Assembly: GCA_963796685.1 (NCBI GenBank)
Contig: CAWCMR010000008.1
Coordinates: forward strand, 780,553-844,552
Origin: an uncultured delta proteobacterium
GTDB taxonomy: Bacteria > Myxococcota_A > Polyangia > Fen-1088
Length of the DNA stretch: 64,000 nucleotides
Direction: 5' to 3'
This document shows positions 8,672 through 18,874 of this stretch, in pieces (position 1 is the first letter of the stretch; each line of letters opens with the position of its first letter). The position numbers and the translations under genes are program-made. The notes beneath the pieces are model-generated. The model saw only the letters and a list, made by a program, of their open reading frames with translations, did not search any database and was not told the DNA's origin.

Positions 8672-9703
8672 ATGAGAAACACCACTTTCGCCGTCGCGTT
8701 CCTGATGGTTTCCGCTTGCGGCGGATCGAACGGTAACTCCACCCCGCCGTCCGACAATGCTGACGCCGCGGCCAGCGAAACCGGTGTGCCGACCAAGGGC
8801 GGTCCCGACGCCAAGGCACTGGCCTCAGGCTGCGATCATGCGGCAGCGCTTTGCTCGAAGCTCGCCGAGTGCGCGCCGTTCTTACTCGAGGCCGGCTACG
8901 GCGACGAGGTTACCTGCGCGGATCGTCTGACCAAGGCATGTACCGAGCAATCGCTGTCCGCGGGCAGCGGGATGACCGAGGCCAACATCTTGGCCTGCGA
9001 ATCCGCCTTGACCGCGGCCAGCTGCAACGACGTATTCGCCAACAATGTTCCGGCCTGCACCTTCCGCGGCACCCTGGCCGATGGTGCTACGTGTGGCGAC
9101 GGCAGCCAGTGCGCGAGCGGATTCTGCTCGCACGGTAGCGACCTCTGCGGCGTGTGTGCCGACAAAGGCGGGGCCGGAGCCGCCTGTCCGTCCGGGAGCA
9201 ACGACGAGTGCCAAACCGGGCTGGTGTGCAGCTCGGGCAAGCTCTGCGCGAAGCCCGCCGGGCTCGGTCTCGCGTGCGACGACACGACCCAGCCCTGCCT
9301 GACCGGTACGTTTTGCACCACTGCGAAGACCTGCGCCTTGACCGTGAAGGCGGGCGAGGCCTGTCCGGGCACCTATCTGAATTTTGGCGACGGAACCCTC
9401 TGTCTCGGCGCCACGAGCACCCAGATAGGCACAGCCTCGAAAGGCGAGCCCTGCGGTCTGGCGCCTGATACGGGTCTGCCACCCACCCTTTGCGCCCCCG
9501 GCAGCGTCGCGGGTTGCACCCTTGTTTCCGGCGGCATCCAGCTCTTCGGCCTTCCGACCAAAGGCATTTGCGCCGCGCCAAGAGACGATGGCTTTACGTG
9601 TACCGCCACGGACATCTGCCAACCCGCCGCCCAGTGCATCAGCGGCACCTGTCGGATCCCGTCCGGCAGGTACTGCCAGCAAACCGTGGACGGCGGTAGC
9701 TGA
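8672..9703 (+). CDS. Cysteine-rich lipoprotein
   Basis: Lipobox (LMVSAC), many GxxC...C...C repeats. Confidence 0.8.
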   Translation: MRNTTFAVAFLMVSACGGSNGNSTPPSDNADAAASETGVPTKGGPDAKALASGCDHAAALCSKLAECAPFLLEAGYGDEVTCADRLTKACTEQSLSAGSGMTEANILACESALTAASCNDVFANNVPACTFRGTLADGATCGDGSQCASGFCSHGSDLCGVCADKGGAGAACPSGSNDECQTGLVCSSGKLCAKPAGLGLACDDTTQPCLTGTFCTTAKTCALTVKAGEACPGTYLNFGDGTLCLGATSTQIGTASKGEPCGLAPDTGLPPTLCAPGSVAGCTLVSGGIQLFGLPTKGICAAPRDDGFTCTATDICQPAAQCISGTCRIPSGRYCQQTVDGGS

Positions 9704-9722
9704 GCCGGTTGGTCTAGCCGAG

Positions 9723-10562
9723 CTAGCGCCACAGATCGGCGATGAAGCTCAGGATGCCGGCGGCGGAGTGGACGTGCCCGGTTCTCGCCGAGCCGACCCC
9801 GCTGGCGTCGAGGTCGATGCCCAAGCTGTCCATGCGCTCGCTTCGCCTCTCGGCCGTGCGCAGGCGCCGTTCCTGCTCGGACAGCTCGGCCAGCTCGCGC
9901 TCGCGCTCGCGTTCCAAGCCGCCCTGCTCGACGAAGCGGATGACTTCCGCCAGCTCGCCAGCGTCGAACCAGACCCCATGGCTCTTGCAAACGTCGACGA
10001 TCACGCCCGAGATGCGTCCGAAGGCCTGACGGTTCATGGATTTGCCGCACGTCGGACAAGCGATGTAGCGAACTGCGCTCTCGCGTTTCATCTCGCGCTT
10101 GGGCAGGGCCAGGCGCAGGCTCGTCGGCATGTCCCGCGCGGCCACCAAGCGATCCATGGTGGTTGGCGCCAGGAAGAGGCCGCCGCACTTGTCGCATTCT
10201 TCGACGCTCAGGTCGCCGTACTCGCGCGCTTGCAACTGGCTGCGGCAGCGCGGGCAACCATAGGCTGCGGCGATCCCCGCGCTCGCGGCCTGGGGCGCGA
10301 GCGAACGACCGCACGCCTGGCAGTGCGCCGCCCCGGCAAGATTCCAGGCGAGACACGCGGCGCAGCGGCAGGTGGCCACGGTGGAGCCGCAGTAGGGACA
10401 TGCACGCGCGCCGACCGCGATCGATCCGCCGCAACCCGGGCAGGCGATCGATTTCGCTTCCTCGCTCGGCTTCGGACAATGGCACACCCGAGCTCGCGAC
10501 GCCGCATCCACTGGCGGGTCGACGATTCCTCCGCAGGCTAGGCAGACGAGGGCATCCGACAT
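9723..10562 (-). CDS. Multi-zinc-ribbon protein (DZR plus two zf-TFIIB-like domains)
   Basis: Many CxxC pairs; CPRC...EECDKCGGLFL and CPTC...DVCKSHGVWFDAGEL. Confidence 0.85.
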   Translation of the reverse strand: MSDALVCLACGGIVDPPVDAASRARVCHCPKPSEEAKSIACPGCGGSIAVGARACPYCGSTVATCRCAACLAWNLAGAAHCQACGRSLAPQAASAGIAAAYGCPRCRSQLQAREYGDLSVEECDKCGGLFLAPTTMDRLVAARDMPTSLRLALPKREMKRESAVRYIACPTCGKSMNRQAFGRISGVIVDVCKSHGVWFDAGELAEVIRFVEQGGLERERERELAELSEQERRLRTAERRSERMDSLGIDLDASGVGSARTGHVHSAAGILSFIADLWR

Positions 10563-10577
10563 GGTCGCAATTCTAGT

Positions 10578-11210
10578 TCAAAGCGACGAGTGCCCAGAGC
10601 TGTCCTCGATGGGCGTTCCGGCTTCGATACGCATGGGGGCGTTGTGATGGCGGACCGCCTTGGTTGCCTCCAGGCACGCGTGGCCGAAGGGTTTCTCGAT
10701 CTTCTTCCACAGCTCGTCCTCGGCGTCCGCGTAGATCTTGCGTCGACTTCCCGTGAGCCTGACCGTCGTGAGCTTTCGTCCGTTGACGCCGCTGCGCAGC
10801 TCGAGGGTCAGGACGGCCGTGTCCTTGCCCGTATCCTTGAGACGGCCGTGGATGTAGAGCGCGAGATTCAGAGCCGCGCCCATGTCGCGGTACTGCTCGG
10901 CAGTGTCCGGCGATTTCAGGTTGGTCGACACCTCCCTGACCTTGGACCTCAGGACCTTGATGACCTGCGCGCGAATGCGATCCACATCGTCGCCACGAAA
11001 TTCGAGCAGCGCGATCCTGCTATCCGCCACCGCCGCGGCTTCCTCGCGTGCGTGGGTCTCGGCGCTGGCTCGCGCCTTGGCACCGCCGCGCGCGTGACCC
11101 TTGTGAGGCGCCGCCTGCGCTATCGATACAGCGCCGACCATGACCACCGCCAGGATACAGACCGACGCGGCGGACGAGACGGGCAATTCCGGGGCGAACA
11201 TCCGGGACAT
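10578..11210 (-). CDS. Secreted hypothetical protein
   Basis: Signal-like hydrophobic N-terminus, GC3-rich codons; start uncertain. Confidence 0.6.
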   Translation of the reverse strand: MSRMFAPELPVSSAASVCILAVVMVGAVSIAQAAPHKGHARGGAKARASAETHAREEAAAVADSRIALLEFRGDDVDRIRAQVIKVLRSKVREVSTNLKSPDTAEQYRDMGAALNLALYIHGRLKDTGKDTAVLTLELRSGVNGRKLTTVRLTGSRRKIYADAEDELWKKIEKPFGHACLEATKAVRHHNAPMRIEAGTPIEDSSGHSSL

Positions 11211-11302
11211 CGGGATCTTTTACCCGCTTTGCCCCGCTGGTGACCAGGGACTTCTGACAAGGTTGCGCACTTGCGCCAAGAAATGGTAGCCACACGCCCG
11301 TC

Positions 11303-11500
11303 ATGGACGCGGTCAAGCACATGGGCGAGCAGTCGATCGGACGGCTGCTGCTCCGCTATTCTCTGCCGGCCATTGGCTTCTACGGAATCTATCTCGTCGG
11401 CCCCTGCGCAGACCTTCTCTTCGCCGTCATCGCCGCCAACGTGATGATGCGCGAGCTCGGCAGGCTGCGCTTGGCGCCGGACTTGGCCTCTAGTCCCTGA
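11303..11500 (+). pseudogene. Internally deleted MATE-family efflux transporter remnant
   Basis: N-terminus MGEQSIGRLLLRYSLPAIG resembles a MATE start and is joined in frame to GFYGIYLVGPCADLL...RELGRL, resembling a MATE end; only 65 aa. Confidence 0.65.
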
Positions 11501-11502
11501 GG

Positions 11503-12642
11503 CTAGCGACGATAGAAATCTTCGATCTGGGACAGCACGCGGTCGACGCGCTCGGGTCCCATGCCGTACCACAAGGGCAGGCGAAGCAGGCGCTGGCTCT
11601 CGCGCGTGGTATGGCGGTCCTCCCCCACGAGCTGGCCGTACCGGCGTCCGGCCTCCGCGCTGTGCAGGGGAATGAAGTGAAAGGTCGCACTGGTGCCTCG
11701 CTCGGCAAGGTATGCCAGAAGTCGGCTCCGTTCATCGAGATCGGCCGTCTTCACATAGAACATATGCCCATTGTGCTGGCAGTCTCGCGGAACGGTCGGC
11801 ATTTCGATGCGCTCGCGTGCGACCAGGTCGCGCAGGCCGAGGGCATAGCGCCGCCAACTGGCCAGCCAATCGACCAAGACGTCGTCGCTGCCCTCGAACT
11901 GCCCCCAAAGGAACGCGGAGCACAGCTCGCTCGGCGTGTACGAGGAGCCCAGGTCGACCCAGGTGTACTTGTCGACCTGGCCGCGGATGAAGCGCCTGCG
12001 GTTGGTTCCCTTGTCGCGGATGAACTCGGCGCGCTCGACGTAGCTTGGCTGATTGATGGCCAGCGCGCCGCCCTCGCCACAGTGCAGGTTCTTGCTTTCA
12101 TGAAAGCTGAGGCAACCGAACGTCCCGAGCCCGCCGAGCTGTCGACCCTTGTACGTGCCGAGGATGGCGTGGGCCGCATCCTCGACGATCAGGATGCCGT
12201 GCCGTTCCGCGATCTCGGCCAGCACATCCATGTCGCACGCGACCCCGGCGTAGTGCAAGGCGCAGATGACCTTGGTTCGCGGCGTGACCGCGGCGAGCAC
12301 CAAGCGTTCGTCGAGGTTGAGCGTGTCGGCCCGAATGTCCACGAAGCGCAGCGCGGCCCCGCGTAGCGCGAAGGCATTCGCCGTCGACGTGAAGGCGAAG
12401 GACGGCAGGATGACCTCGTCCCCCGGGCCGATCCCCGCCAGCAGGGCTGACATCTCGAGAGCGTGGGTGCAGGAAGTGGTCAGAAAAACCTTGCCGCCGC
12501 CGAGTCGCCGCGAAAGCCACGTCGTGCACCGTTCGGCGTAGTCGCCTTCTTGCAACGACCTTTCTCCCTCGAGCAAGCAACGCATGTGCGCCGGCTCGCG
12601 GCCGGTGCGGGTAGGTTTGTGGAACGGGATTGTTTGCGACAT
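11503..12642 (-). CDS. wecE: dTDP-4-amino-4,6-dideoxygalactose transaminase
   Basis: TTSCTHALEM, HYAGVACDM, EDAAH, SFHESKN (PLP Lys), GQVDKYTWVDLGSSY. Confidence 0.92.
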   Translation of the reverse strand: MSQTIPFHKPTRTGREPAHMRCLLEGERSLQEGDYAERCTTWLSRRLGGGKVFLTTSCTHALEMSALLAGIGPGDEVILPSFAFTSTANAFALRGAALRFVDIRADTLNLDERLVLAAVTPRTKVICALHYAGVACDMDVLAEIAERHGILIVEDAAHAILGTYKGRQLGGLGTFGCLSFHESKNLHCGEGGALAINQPSYVERAEFIRDKGTNRRRFIRGQVDKYTWVDLGSSYTPSELCSAFLWGQFEGSDDVLVDWLASWRRYALGLRDLVARERIEMPTVPRDCQHNGHMFYVKTADLDERSRLLAYLAERGTSATFHFIPLHSAEAGRRYGQLVGEDRHTTRESQRLLRLPLWYGMGPERVDRVLSQIEDFYRR

Positions 12643-12645
12643 CGA

Positions 12646-13452
12646 TTACCTTCCGACAAGCCGCGAAGCGAGCTGCTGCATATGGAAGAACGCCTTGCGC
12701 GTAAAGTTCTTCTGCGATTGGGCGGGGCGAGACACCTCGGCCGGGTAGCCCAGGGAACGCGCGATGCGCTCCATCCGCGCGTTGCCCGAGGCGTGAAGGA
12801 GGCAGGGCCAGGTTCCCGTGGCACGGTTGAAAACCCGTCCCTTCTCGAATTCGAGGTCGGTCAAATTGGGCCTCCGGGTCAGAAAGTCCCTGAATAGCAG
12901 GTTGTGGAAGAGGTCGCAGCGCCAATCGAGCGCGACCTCGGCGTCCCCGCGAACGTACAGGCCGGTCAACCGCTCTTGGTCCATGTCCTTGTCGGTCATC
13001 TTCTCCTGCTCGACCAGCCAATCGATGACCGAGCGGGCGCAAGCCGCGCTTGCCATCCAGGTTCCGCTGTTGAGGAAGTCGTAGCCGAACGAGGTATGCG
13101 GCATGGCCTGCCCGCTCTTGTTGAACTCGGTGTTGTAGACAGCCGCGAGTCCGCGCCCCAGCTTGAGCGAGCCGCAAACGAACTTGCCCCGGTACGGCCG
13201 GTAGCGCTCGGCCAGCTCGCCGAGGTCGGTGAGGAAGACCACGTCGAAGGGATCCACGGACAGGACGAGGTCGTCATCCGCCAGGTCGGCGATGGCCCGG
13301 CGGATATCCGTGGTCTTGCGCCCGAATCCGATCCACGGCTGTCCCCATCCGAGTGGAATCGGCTCGACGCCGAAGCGCCTGCACGAGGCCATGAACAGGT
13401 CGAAGTACGCTTGCTTTCCGGTGGCGTAGGCGAATACCGAAACCACGACCAT
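12646..13452 (-). CDS. Glycosyltransferase resembling the PLOD/LH3 GT domain
   Basis: LGWGQPWIGFGRK, LVLSVDPFDVVF, FLNSGTWM, DMDQ, LDWRCDLFHNL, PCLLHASG. Confidence 0.65.
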   Translation of the reverse strand: MVVVSVFAYATGKQAYFDLFMASCRRFGVEPIPLGWGQPWIGFGRKTTDIRRAIADLADDDLVLSVDPFDVVFLTDLGELAERYRPYRGKFVCGSLKLGRGLAAVYNTEFNKSGQAMPHTSFGYDFLNSGTWMASAACARSVIDWLVEQEKMTDKDMDQERLTGLYVRGDAEVALDWRCDLFHNLLFRDFLTRRPNLTDLEFEKGRVFNRATGTWPCLLHASGNARMERIARSLGYPAEVSRPAQSQKNFTRKAFFHMQQLASRLVGR

Positions 13453-13539
13453 TTCTGACCCGAACTTCGACTTTCGTCCAGTGGCGTTCGCGCGGCCCTG
13501 GTCCTTTTCCCGGCCCGTCGCTGGGACGGGCGAGCATCG

Positions 13540-14641
13540 CTAGCGCCGGCCGGCGCGCAACTTGGCGCGGACGAACCTGCCGCTGGCCGTGCAGCTCGTC
13601 CGCACCCCAGGTGGGGTAGCCTTCAGGACCCACGGTTTCGGGCACGAGCAGCGACTCGCGATCGGCAAGAGCGGTCTTGCCTTGCTTCATCAACGTGTAG
13701 AGGTCGACGAGCACCGCCGAGGTCTCGCTCTTGTCGCAAAAGGACCAGTTGACCCAGCTGATCCCATGACGATCCAAGAACGCCAGCCACGCTTCGGATT
13801 CGGGCAGGAACGTCCCCCCGGTGCCCGAGGCCTGGCTGGTGCCCCATTCCGAGGCGAACACGGCGACCCCTCGATCGATCGCGGCCTGCACCTTGTCGCG
13901 CAGGACTTGCCCGTGGGTCCCGGCGTAAAAGTGGAACGTGTAGAGCAGGTTCTTTCCCTGCAAGGGATCGGCCGCCGCGAGATCCACGTCCTGACTCCAG
14001 GTGGAAGAGCCGATCAGAATGGGGTTATCCGGATCGTTGGCGCGAATGGTGGCGACGATCTTCTCCGCGTACGGCTTGAGGTCAACGGACCAGGTGACAG
14101 GGCCGTTGGGCTCGCTCATGATCTCGTAAAGGACGTTGGGTATTTTGCCGTATCGCCGCGAGGCCTCGTCGAAGAAGGCCTGAGCGCCGCCGTAAAGCGG
14201 GTCATTGGGATTTCCCGGGGACAGCATCTGCCAATCGATGATGACGTACATCCCGTATCGCACGGCCAGCTCGACGCCCTTCCAGACCAGTTGCTTGAGC
14301 TCGGGATGAAAGGCATAGCCCCCCTCGCCCGGATACATGGCAAGGCGGACGACGTCTGCCTTCCAGTCCTTCGCCAGCGCCGCGAAGGCGGTATCGTTCA
14401 CGATCCCGCCGTACCATTGCAGGCCCGCCGTGCTCATGCCTCGCAACTGAATCGGCTTGCCGGTGCTGTCGCACAGGTGGGTTCCAACCACCTGCAAGGG
14501 ACCGTACCTCACCGGCAGGCTTGCCTGCACGGTCGACGATGCGGCTGGCTGCGCCGGCTTGGGTCGGGAAGTGGAAGCACAGGTTGCGCTGGCCAGCGCC
14601 AGGAGAGCGATGCCGCCGCGGAAAAGAGTCGTCATGACCAT
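13540..14641 (-). CDS. GH5 endoglucanase (cellulase), with +1 frameshift near the C-terminus
   Basis: QLRGMST, VRLAMY, YVIIDW, YEIMSEPN (acid/base E), FHFYAGTH, FASEWG (nucleophile), WVNWS; removing one base near 13591 gives ...ELTASGRFVRAKLRAGRR* ending at 13540. Confidence 0.85.
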
Positions 14642-14710
14642 CGTTCCTAGCACGCACCTCGGCGGACCTAAAGAAGCGACAGCTGGCGCGGGCGGCGTGG
14701 TCGGGCGGCC

Positions 14711-15985
14711 CTACCGGTCTGCAAGCAAGCGTCGACGCTCGTCCTCGTCGAAAACGCGCACGACGCCGTATTCTCCGTCGAAGCCCGCCATGCGCTTCAC
14801 CTCGCCCGCGCGCATGCGCCGCAAGGCCTCTCCGAGCAGCGGCGGCCCTACGCGCTCGGCGTCCTCGACCGGCCATTCCGTCAGCAGCGAGAGCTCGCTA
14901 CCCACGCCGGCCAGCAGCTTGTCGTAGCTTCCGCGCACGCGCCCCGACGAGGCGCCCACGTCCAGAATCTCGCCCAGCAGCTCGACCAAGGGCACCAGGT
15001 TGATGAAGGGCTTGGCACCGCCCGGACGGAAGCCCTCGGGCCAATCGGCGAGCGCATCCACGCGGCTGGCCACACCGCCGGTCAAGGGCTTGCCGCAGCG
15101 GGGACACAGGTGGCCGAGGGCCACGGCTTCGGCGGGCGCCAGGTTCACGCCACAGGCGCGATGTCCTTCGTGGTGGTACTTGCCTTCTTCGGGAAAGAAT
15201 TCCACGGTGCCGAGGAACTTGGGGCTGCGCTCGCGCAGGGCATCGCGCATGGCGAAGTAGGACAGCTCGCAGTCGAAGCGGTTGGCCTCGCGGCCGAGCT
15301 TCTCGGGTGAATGGGCGTCCGAGCTCGACACCAGGCTGACCCGATCCAGCGCCGACAGCCGCCAGTTCATGGCCGGATCCGACGACAACCCGGTTTCGGC
15401 GGCGAAGATGTGCTCTGCCAGGTCGCCGAAGCATTCGTCCAGGGAATCGAAACCCGACTTCGCGCCGAGCGCGGAAAACCACGGCGTCCACACGTGCGCC
15501 GGGATCAGAAACGCGTCGGACGATGCTTCGAGCGTGATTTCGAGCAGGTCGCGCGAATCGAGGCCAAGGATGGGCCGGCCGTCGGATGCGATGTTCCCGA
15601 TACGCGCCAAACGCGAGGCGATGCGCGCGGCGGTCTCGAAATCGGGCGCGTAGACAAGGTTGTGCACCTTGCGCACCCGATCGCCGCGCTTGTAGATGCT
15701 GCTGACCTCGACGGACAGGATGAAGCGCACGGGGGCGTGGCAGGCAGGCTGCACACCTTCGTCGACCTTGGCCGCCAAGTCGTCGCGCAGACGAAAAAGC
15801 CCGTTTCCCGCCGGCACCAGCTTGTCGCGCAATTCGGCGAACCAGTGCGGGTGGGTGAAGTCGCCGGTGGCGAGCACCGCGATGCCCTTGCGCTGGGACC
15901 AGGCGTGCAGGTGCTCCAAGTCGAGCGTGCGGCTGGTCGCGCGCGACAGGTAGGAATGGACGTGGAGATCCGCCACGAAGGGCAC
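14711..15985 (-). CDS. Endonuclease Q family protein (PHP fold)
   Basis: ADLHVHS, TGDFTHP, PAHVWTPW, ETGLSSD, SDAHS, GKYH, CPRC...GV, GFDGEYG. Confidence 0.88.
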   Translation of the reverse strand: MPFVADLHVHSYLSRATSRTLDLEHLHAWSQRKGIAVLATGDFTHPHWFAELRDKLVPAGNGLFRLRDDLAAKVDEGVQPACHAPVRFILSVEVSSIYKRGDRVRKVHNLVYAPDFETAARIASRLARIGNIASDGRPILGLDSRDLLEITLEASSDAFLIPAHVWTPWFSALGAKSGFDSLDECFGDLAEHIFAAETGLSSDPAMNWRLSALDRVSLVSSSDAHSPEKLGREANRFDCELSYFAMRDALRERSPKFLGTVEFFPEEGKYHHEGHRACGVNLAPAEAVALGHLCPRCGKPLTGGVASRVDALADWPEGFRPGGAKPFINLVPLVELLGEILDVGASSGRVRGSYDKLLAGVGSELSLLTEWPVEDAERVGPPLLGEALRRMRAGEVKRMAGFDGEYGVVRVFDEDERRRLLADR

Positions 15986-16006
15986 GAAGCCAATCTACCC
16001 TTATGA

Positions 16007-16082
16007 TGGTCGGGGCGGCCGGATTTGAACCGACGACATCCTGCTCCCAAAGCAGGCGCGCTACCAACTGCGCTACGCCCCG
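16007..16082 (-). tRNA. tRNA-Pro(TGG)
   Basis: CGGGGCGTAGCGCAGTTGGTAGCGCGCCTGCTTTGGGAGCAGGATGTCGTCGGTTCAAATCCGGCCGCCCCGACCA; cloverleaf with encoded CCA. Confidence 0.97.
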
Positions 16083-16160
16083 GATCCCGCCGAAGACCGG
16101 CGGGAGGGCGCAGATACTAGCAGAACCTATCGCCTTTGCTCACCCACCTGGTGCCAACTG

Positions 16161-16769
16161 TCACTTTTTCGACAAGACGTCCGGCAGGGCCTGGGCCAAA
16201 GCTCGAAAAGCCACGGCGCGATGGGAAAGGCGGTTCTTCTCGGCCAGGTCGATCTCGGCCATGGTGCGGCCCAGCGAGGGGATGAAGAACAGCGGGTCGT
16301 AGCCGAATCCGCCCGAGCCGCGCGCCTCCGTCAACAGAACGCCCTCGCACGCGCCCGAGCGAACAAGCTCTCGGCCCCGCGCCCCATCTACGAAGGCGGC
16401 GGCGCAGCGGTAGCGGGCGGTTCGCTTTTCGGCGGGAACCTGCGCCATCTCGCGCAGCATCTTCCGGTTGTTGCGATCGTCGTCGCAGGGCTCGCCAGCC
16501 CAGCGCGCGGAGCGCACGCCGGGCGCGCCGCCGAGCGCGTCCACCTCGATGCCCGAGTCGTCGGCGATGGCGGGCAGGCCGCAGGCCAGGCTGGCCTGGC
16601 GGGCCTTGGCCAGGGCATTGCCTTCGAAGGTGTCTTCGTCCTCGATCAGCGCGGCGTCGGGCGCTACCTCGTCGATGGTGACGGCGGTGACGTCCAGGCC
16701 GGCTTCGGTCAGGAGCACGCCGATCTCTCGCACCTTGTGCCGGTTGCGAGTCGCCACCACCAGCTTCAC
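16161..16769 (-). CDS. rdgB: Non-canonical purine NTP pyrophosphatase
   Basis: [35 protein letters not shown]. Confidence 0.95.
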   Translation of the reverse strand: MKLVVATRNRHKVREIGVLLTEAGLDVTAVTIDEVAPDAALIEDEDTFEGNALAKARQASLACGLPAIADDSGIEVDALGGAPGVRSARWAGEPCDDDRNNRKMLREMAQVPAEKRTARYRCAAAFVDGARGRELVRSGACEGVLLTEARGSGGFGYDPLFFIPSLGRTMAEIDLAEKNRLSHRAVAFRALAQALPDVLSKK

Positions 16770-17479
16770 GGCAGGTTGGCCTCCGCCAACGCTTTCTGCT
16801 GAAGGGCGAACAATTCCTGGGCGCCCTTTTGGGCCAGGGCCACCAGGCGCTGGTAATCATCGGGCGAGAAAGGCTCACCCTCGGCCGTGCCCTGGATCTC
16901 GACGAAATGGCCGCCGTCGGTCAGCACGAAATTGAAATCGACGTCCGCCGAGGAGTCCTCGGCGTAGGCAAGATCCAGGCGCGGCTCGCCATCGACGATG
17001 CCCGTGGACACGGCGCACACCGCCCGGCGCAGGGGATCCTTCTTCAGGCTCTCCTTGGCCACGAGACGACGCACGGCCAGCGCCAGCGCCACCCATCCGC
17101 CGGTGATGGCCGCGGTCCGCGTGCCACCGTCGGCCTGGATGACGTCGCAGTCCACGGTGATCTGCCGCTCGCCCAGGTTCTTGGTGTTGATGGCCGCGCG
17201 CAGGGCCCGGCCGATGAGACGCTGGATCTCCTGACCCCGGCCGCCCGGATTGCGCCCCGAGCGGGTGTGCGTCGAGCGCGGCAGCATGGCGTACTCGGCG
17301 GTGATCCATCCCTTGCCCTGCCCTTCCAGGAACGGCGGCACCTTGCGCTCGACACTGGCGGTGCAGATGAGCTTGGTCTCGCCGAACTCGACCAGCACGG
17401 ATCCCTCGGCGTACCGGTTGTAGTCCGGGGTGATCCGGATCGGCCGCAACTCGTCGGACTTTCGACCATCTGGGCGCAT
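16766..17479 (-). CDS. rph: Ribonuclease PH
   Basis: [43 protein letters not shown]; rph-rdgB synteny. Confidence 0.97.
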   Translation of the reverse strand: MRPDGRKSDELRPIRITPDYNRYAEGSVLVEFGETKLICTASVERKVPPFLEGQGKGWITAEYAMLPRSTHTRSGRNPGGRGQEIQRLIGRALRAAINTKNLGERQITVDCDVIQADGGTRTAAITGGWVALALAVRRLVAKESLKKDPLRRAVCAVSTGIVDGEPRLDLAYAEDSSADVDFNFVLTDGGHFVEIQGTAEGEPFSPDDYQRLVALAQKGAQELFALQQKALAEANLP

Positions 17480-17666
17480 GGCCAGGCAGGATGGAAGGCG
17501 CCTGCCCGGCTGTCAACCGCGCCCGCAAAGATTTGTCCGCGCAGCCTTTCGATCTGCTAGCTTTGAGTCCTATTCGCGGCCTTCGCGCCGCGCTTCGAGT
17601 CTGGCTTTCTTCGCTTAGTCGAGTGGGAAGGCGCCTCGGGACGAGGCGTTTTCAGGTAAGAACACC

Positions 17667-18869
17667 ATGATGGACGAAGCAGACGCGCGACTCGGAACCA
17701 GGCTCGGCAACTACGCCCTCAGGGAAATCATCGGCCGTGGCGGCATGGGCGTGGTCTATCGCGCCTCGCACATCTACATCCGCCGACCAGCCGCAGTGAA
17801 GGTCCTGCATCGCCACCTCTTCGCCCAGCCCGGCGCCAAGGCGCGTTTCCTCCGCGAGGCGCAAACGGCCAGTCTGGTCGATCACCCCAACATCGTGGGC
17901 GTCACCGATTTCGGCGAAGCTCCGGACGGGACCGTGTACCTCGTGATGGCCGAAGCGCATGGCAAGGGGCTCGACCTGGTGCTGGAGGAAGAAGGCACCT
18001 TACCCCTGTTTCGCACCCTCGGGATCCTGAGCCAGGTGGTGCAGGCCCTGGCCGCCGTCCATGCCCGTGGCATCGTTCATCGCGATGTCAAGCCCGAGAA
18101 CATCATGCTGGCTCGCCGGATCGGCAAGCGCGAGCTCGTGCGCCGCGTCCGCGGGAGCGACGGCTATGCCGATCGCGTCGAGCCCGAAGAGTGCTTCGAC
18201 CTGGTCACCCTTCTCGATTTCGGCGCCGCGCGTACACTGCAACCGGAGCTCCAGGCGGCGACCGAGCCGACGCGAATCTTCGGCACGCCCGCGTACCTGG
18301 CGCCCGAGACGGCCCAAAGCGGCCATGCGGACGCGCGCTCGGAGGTCTATTCCGTCGGAATCCTGTTCTACGAGCTCGTGACCGGACGGGTGCCATTCGA
18401 CAGCGACAGCGCCGAGGAGACACTGAGCCTGCAGATCCGCTGCCCGCCGCAGCCACCACGCGTACGCAACCCGAATGTGGAAATCACGGAAGAGGCCGAG
18501 CGCGTGATCCTCCGCGCCCTTGAAAAGGATCCAGGTCGCCGCCAGTCCGGCATGGACGAGCTGTGGTCGGACCTGCAGCGATGCTACGGGGCCACACGCT
18601 GGAGTCGGCCCGATCTGGCCGCCACGGAGGGGTTCGAATCCCTGCGCGAGCCCGCGCAAGCACCGTCCTCGAGCGTGCGCCGGCAAAGCCAAGCGGTTCC
18701 CGAGGTGCCGGTGCCTGCCATCGCCACCCAGACCGCCATCGCCTCGCACCCGTTGCTCCTTACCCGACGCAAGAGCGACCGGTTCGGGGCCGTGGTCAAT
18801 CCCGAGGACGTTCCCACGCCCCCGCCTTCACGCCCCATCGACTTCGGCACCTTTGCCAAGGCCAGATAG
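17667..18869 (+). CDS. Hanks-type Ser/Thr protein kinase
   Basis: IGRGGMGVVY, AVK, HRDVKPEN, DFG, GTPAYLAPE. Confidence 0.92.
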   Translation: MMDEADARLGTRLGNYALREIIGRGGMGVVYRASHIYIRRPAAVKVLHRHLFAQPGAKARFLREAQTASLVDHPNIVGVTDFGEAPDGTVYLVMAEAHGKGLDLVLEEEGTLPLFRTLGILSQVVQALAAVHARGIVHRDVKPENIMLARRIGKRELVRRVRGSDGYADRVEPEECFDLVTLLDFGAARTLQPELQAATEPTRIFGTPAYLAPETAQSGHADARSEVYSVGILFYELVTGRVPFDSDSAEETLSLQIRCPPQPPRVRNPNVEITEEAERVILRALEKDPGRRQSGMDELWSDLQRCYGATRWSRPDLAATEGFESLREPAQAPSSSVRRQSQAVPEVPVPAIATQTAIASHPLLLTRRKSDRFGAVVNPEDVPTPPPSRPIDFGTFAKAR

Positions 18870-18874
18870 TCAAA

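Noticed and set aside
13274-13539. GH5 C-terminal extension overlapping the GT gene
   Set aside because: Product of the +1 frameshift; the corrected frame stops at 13540.
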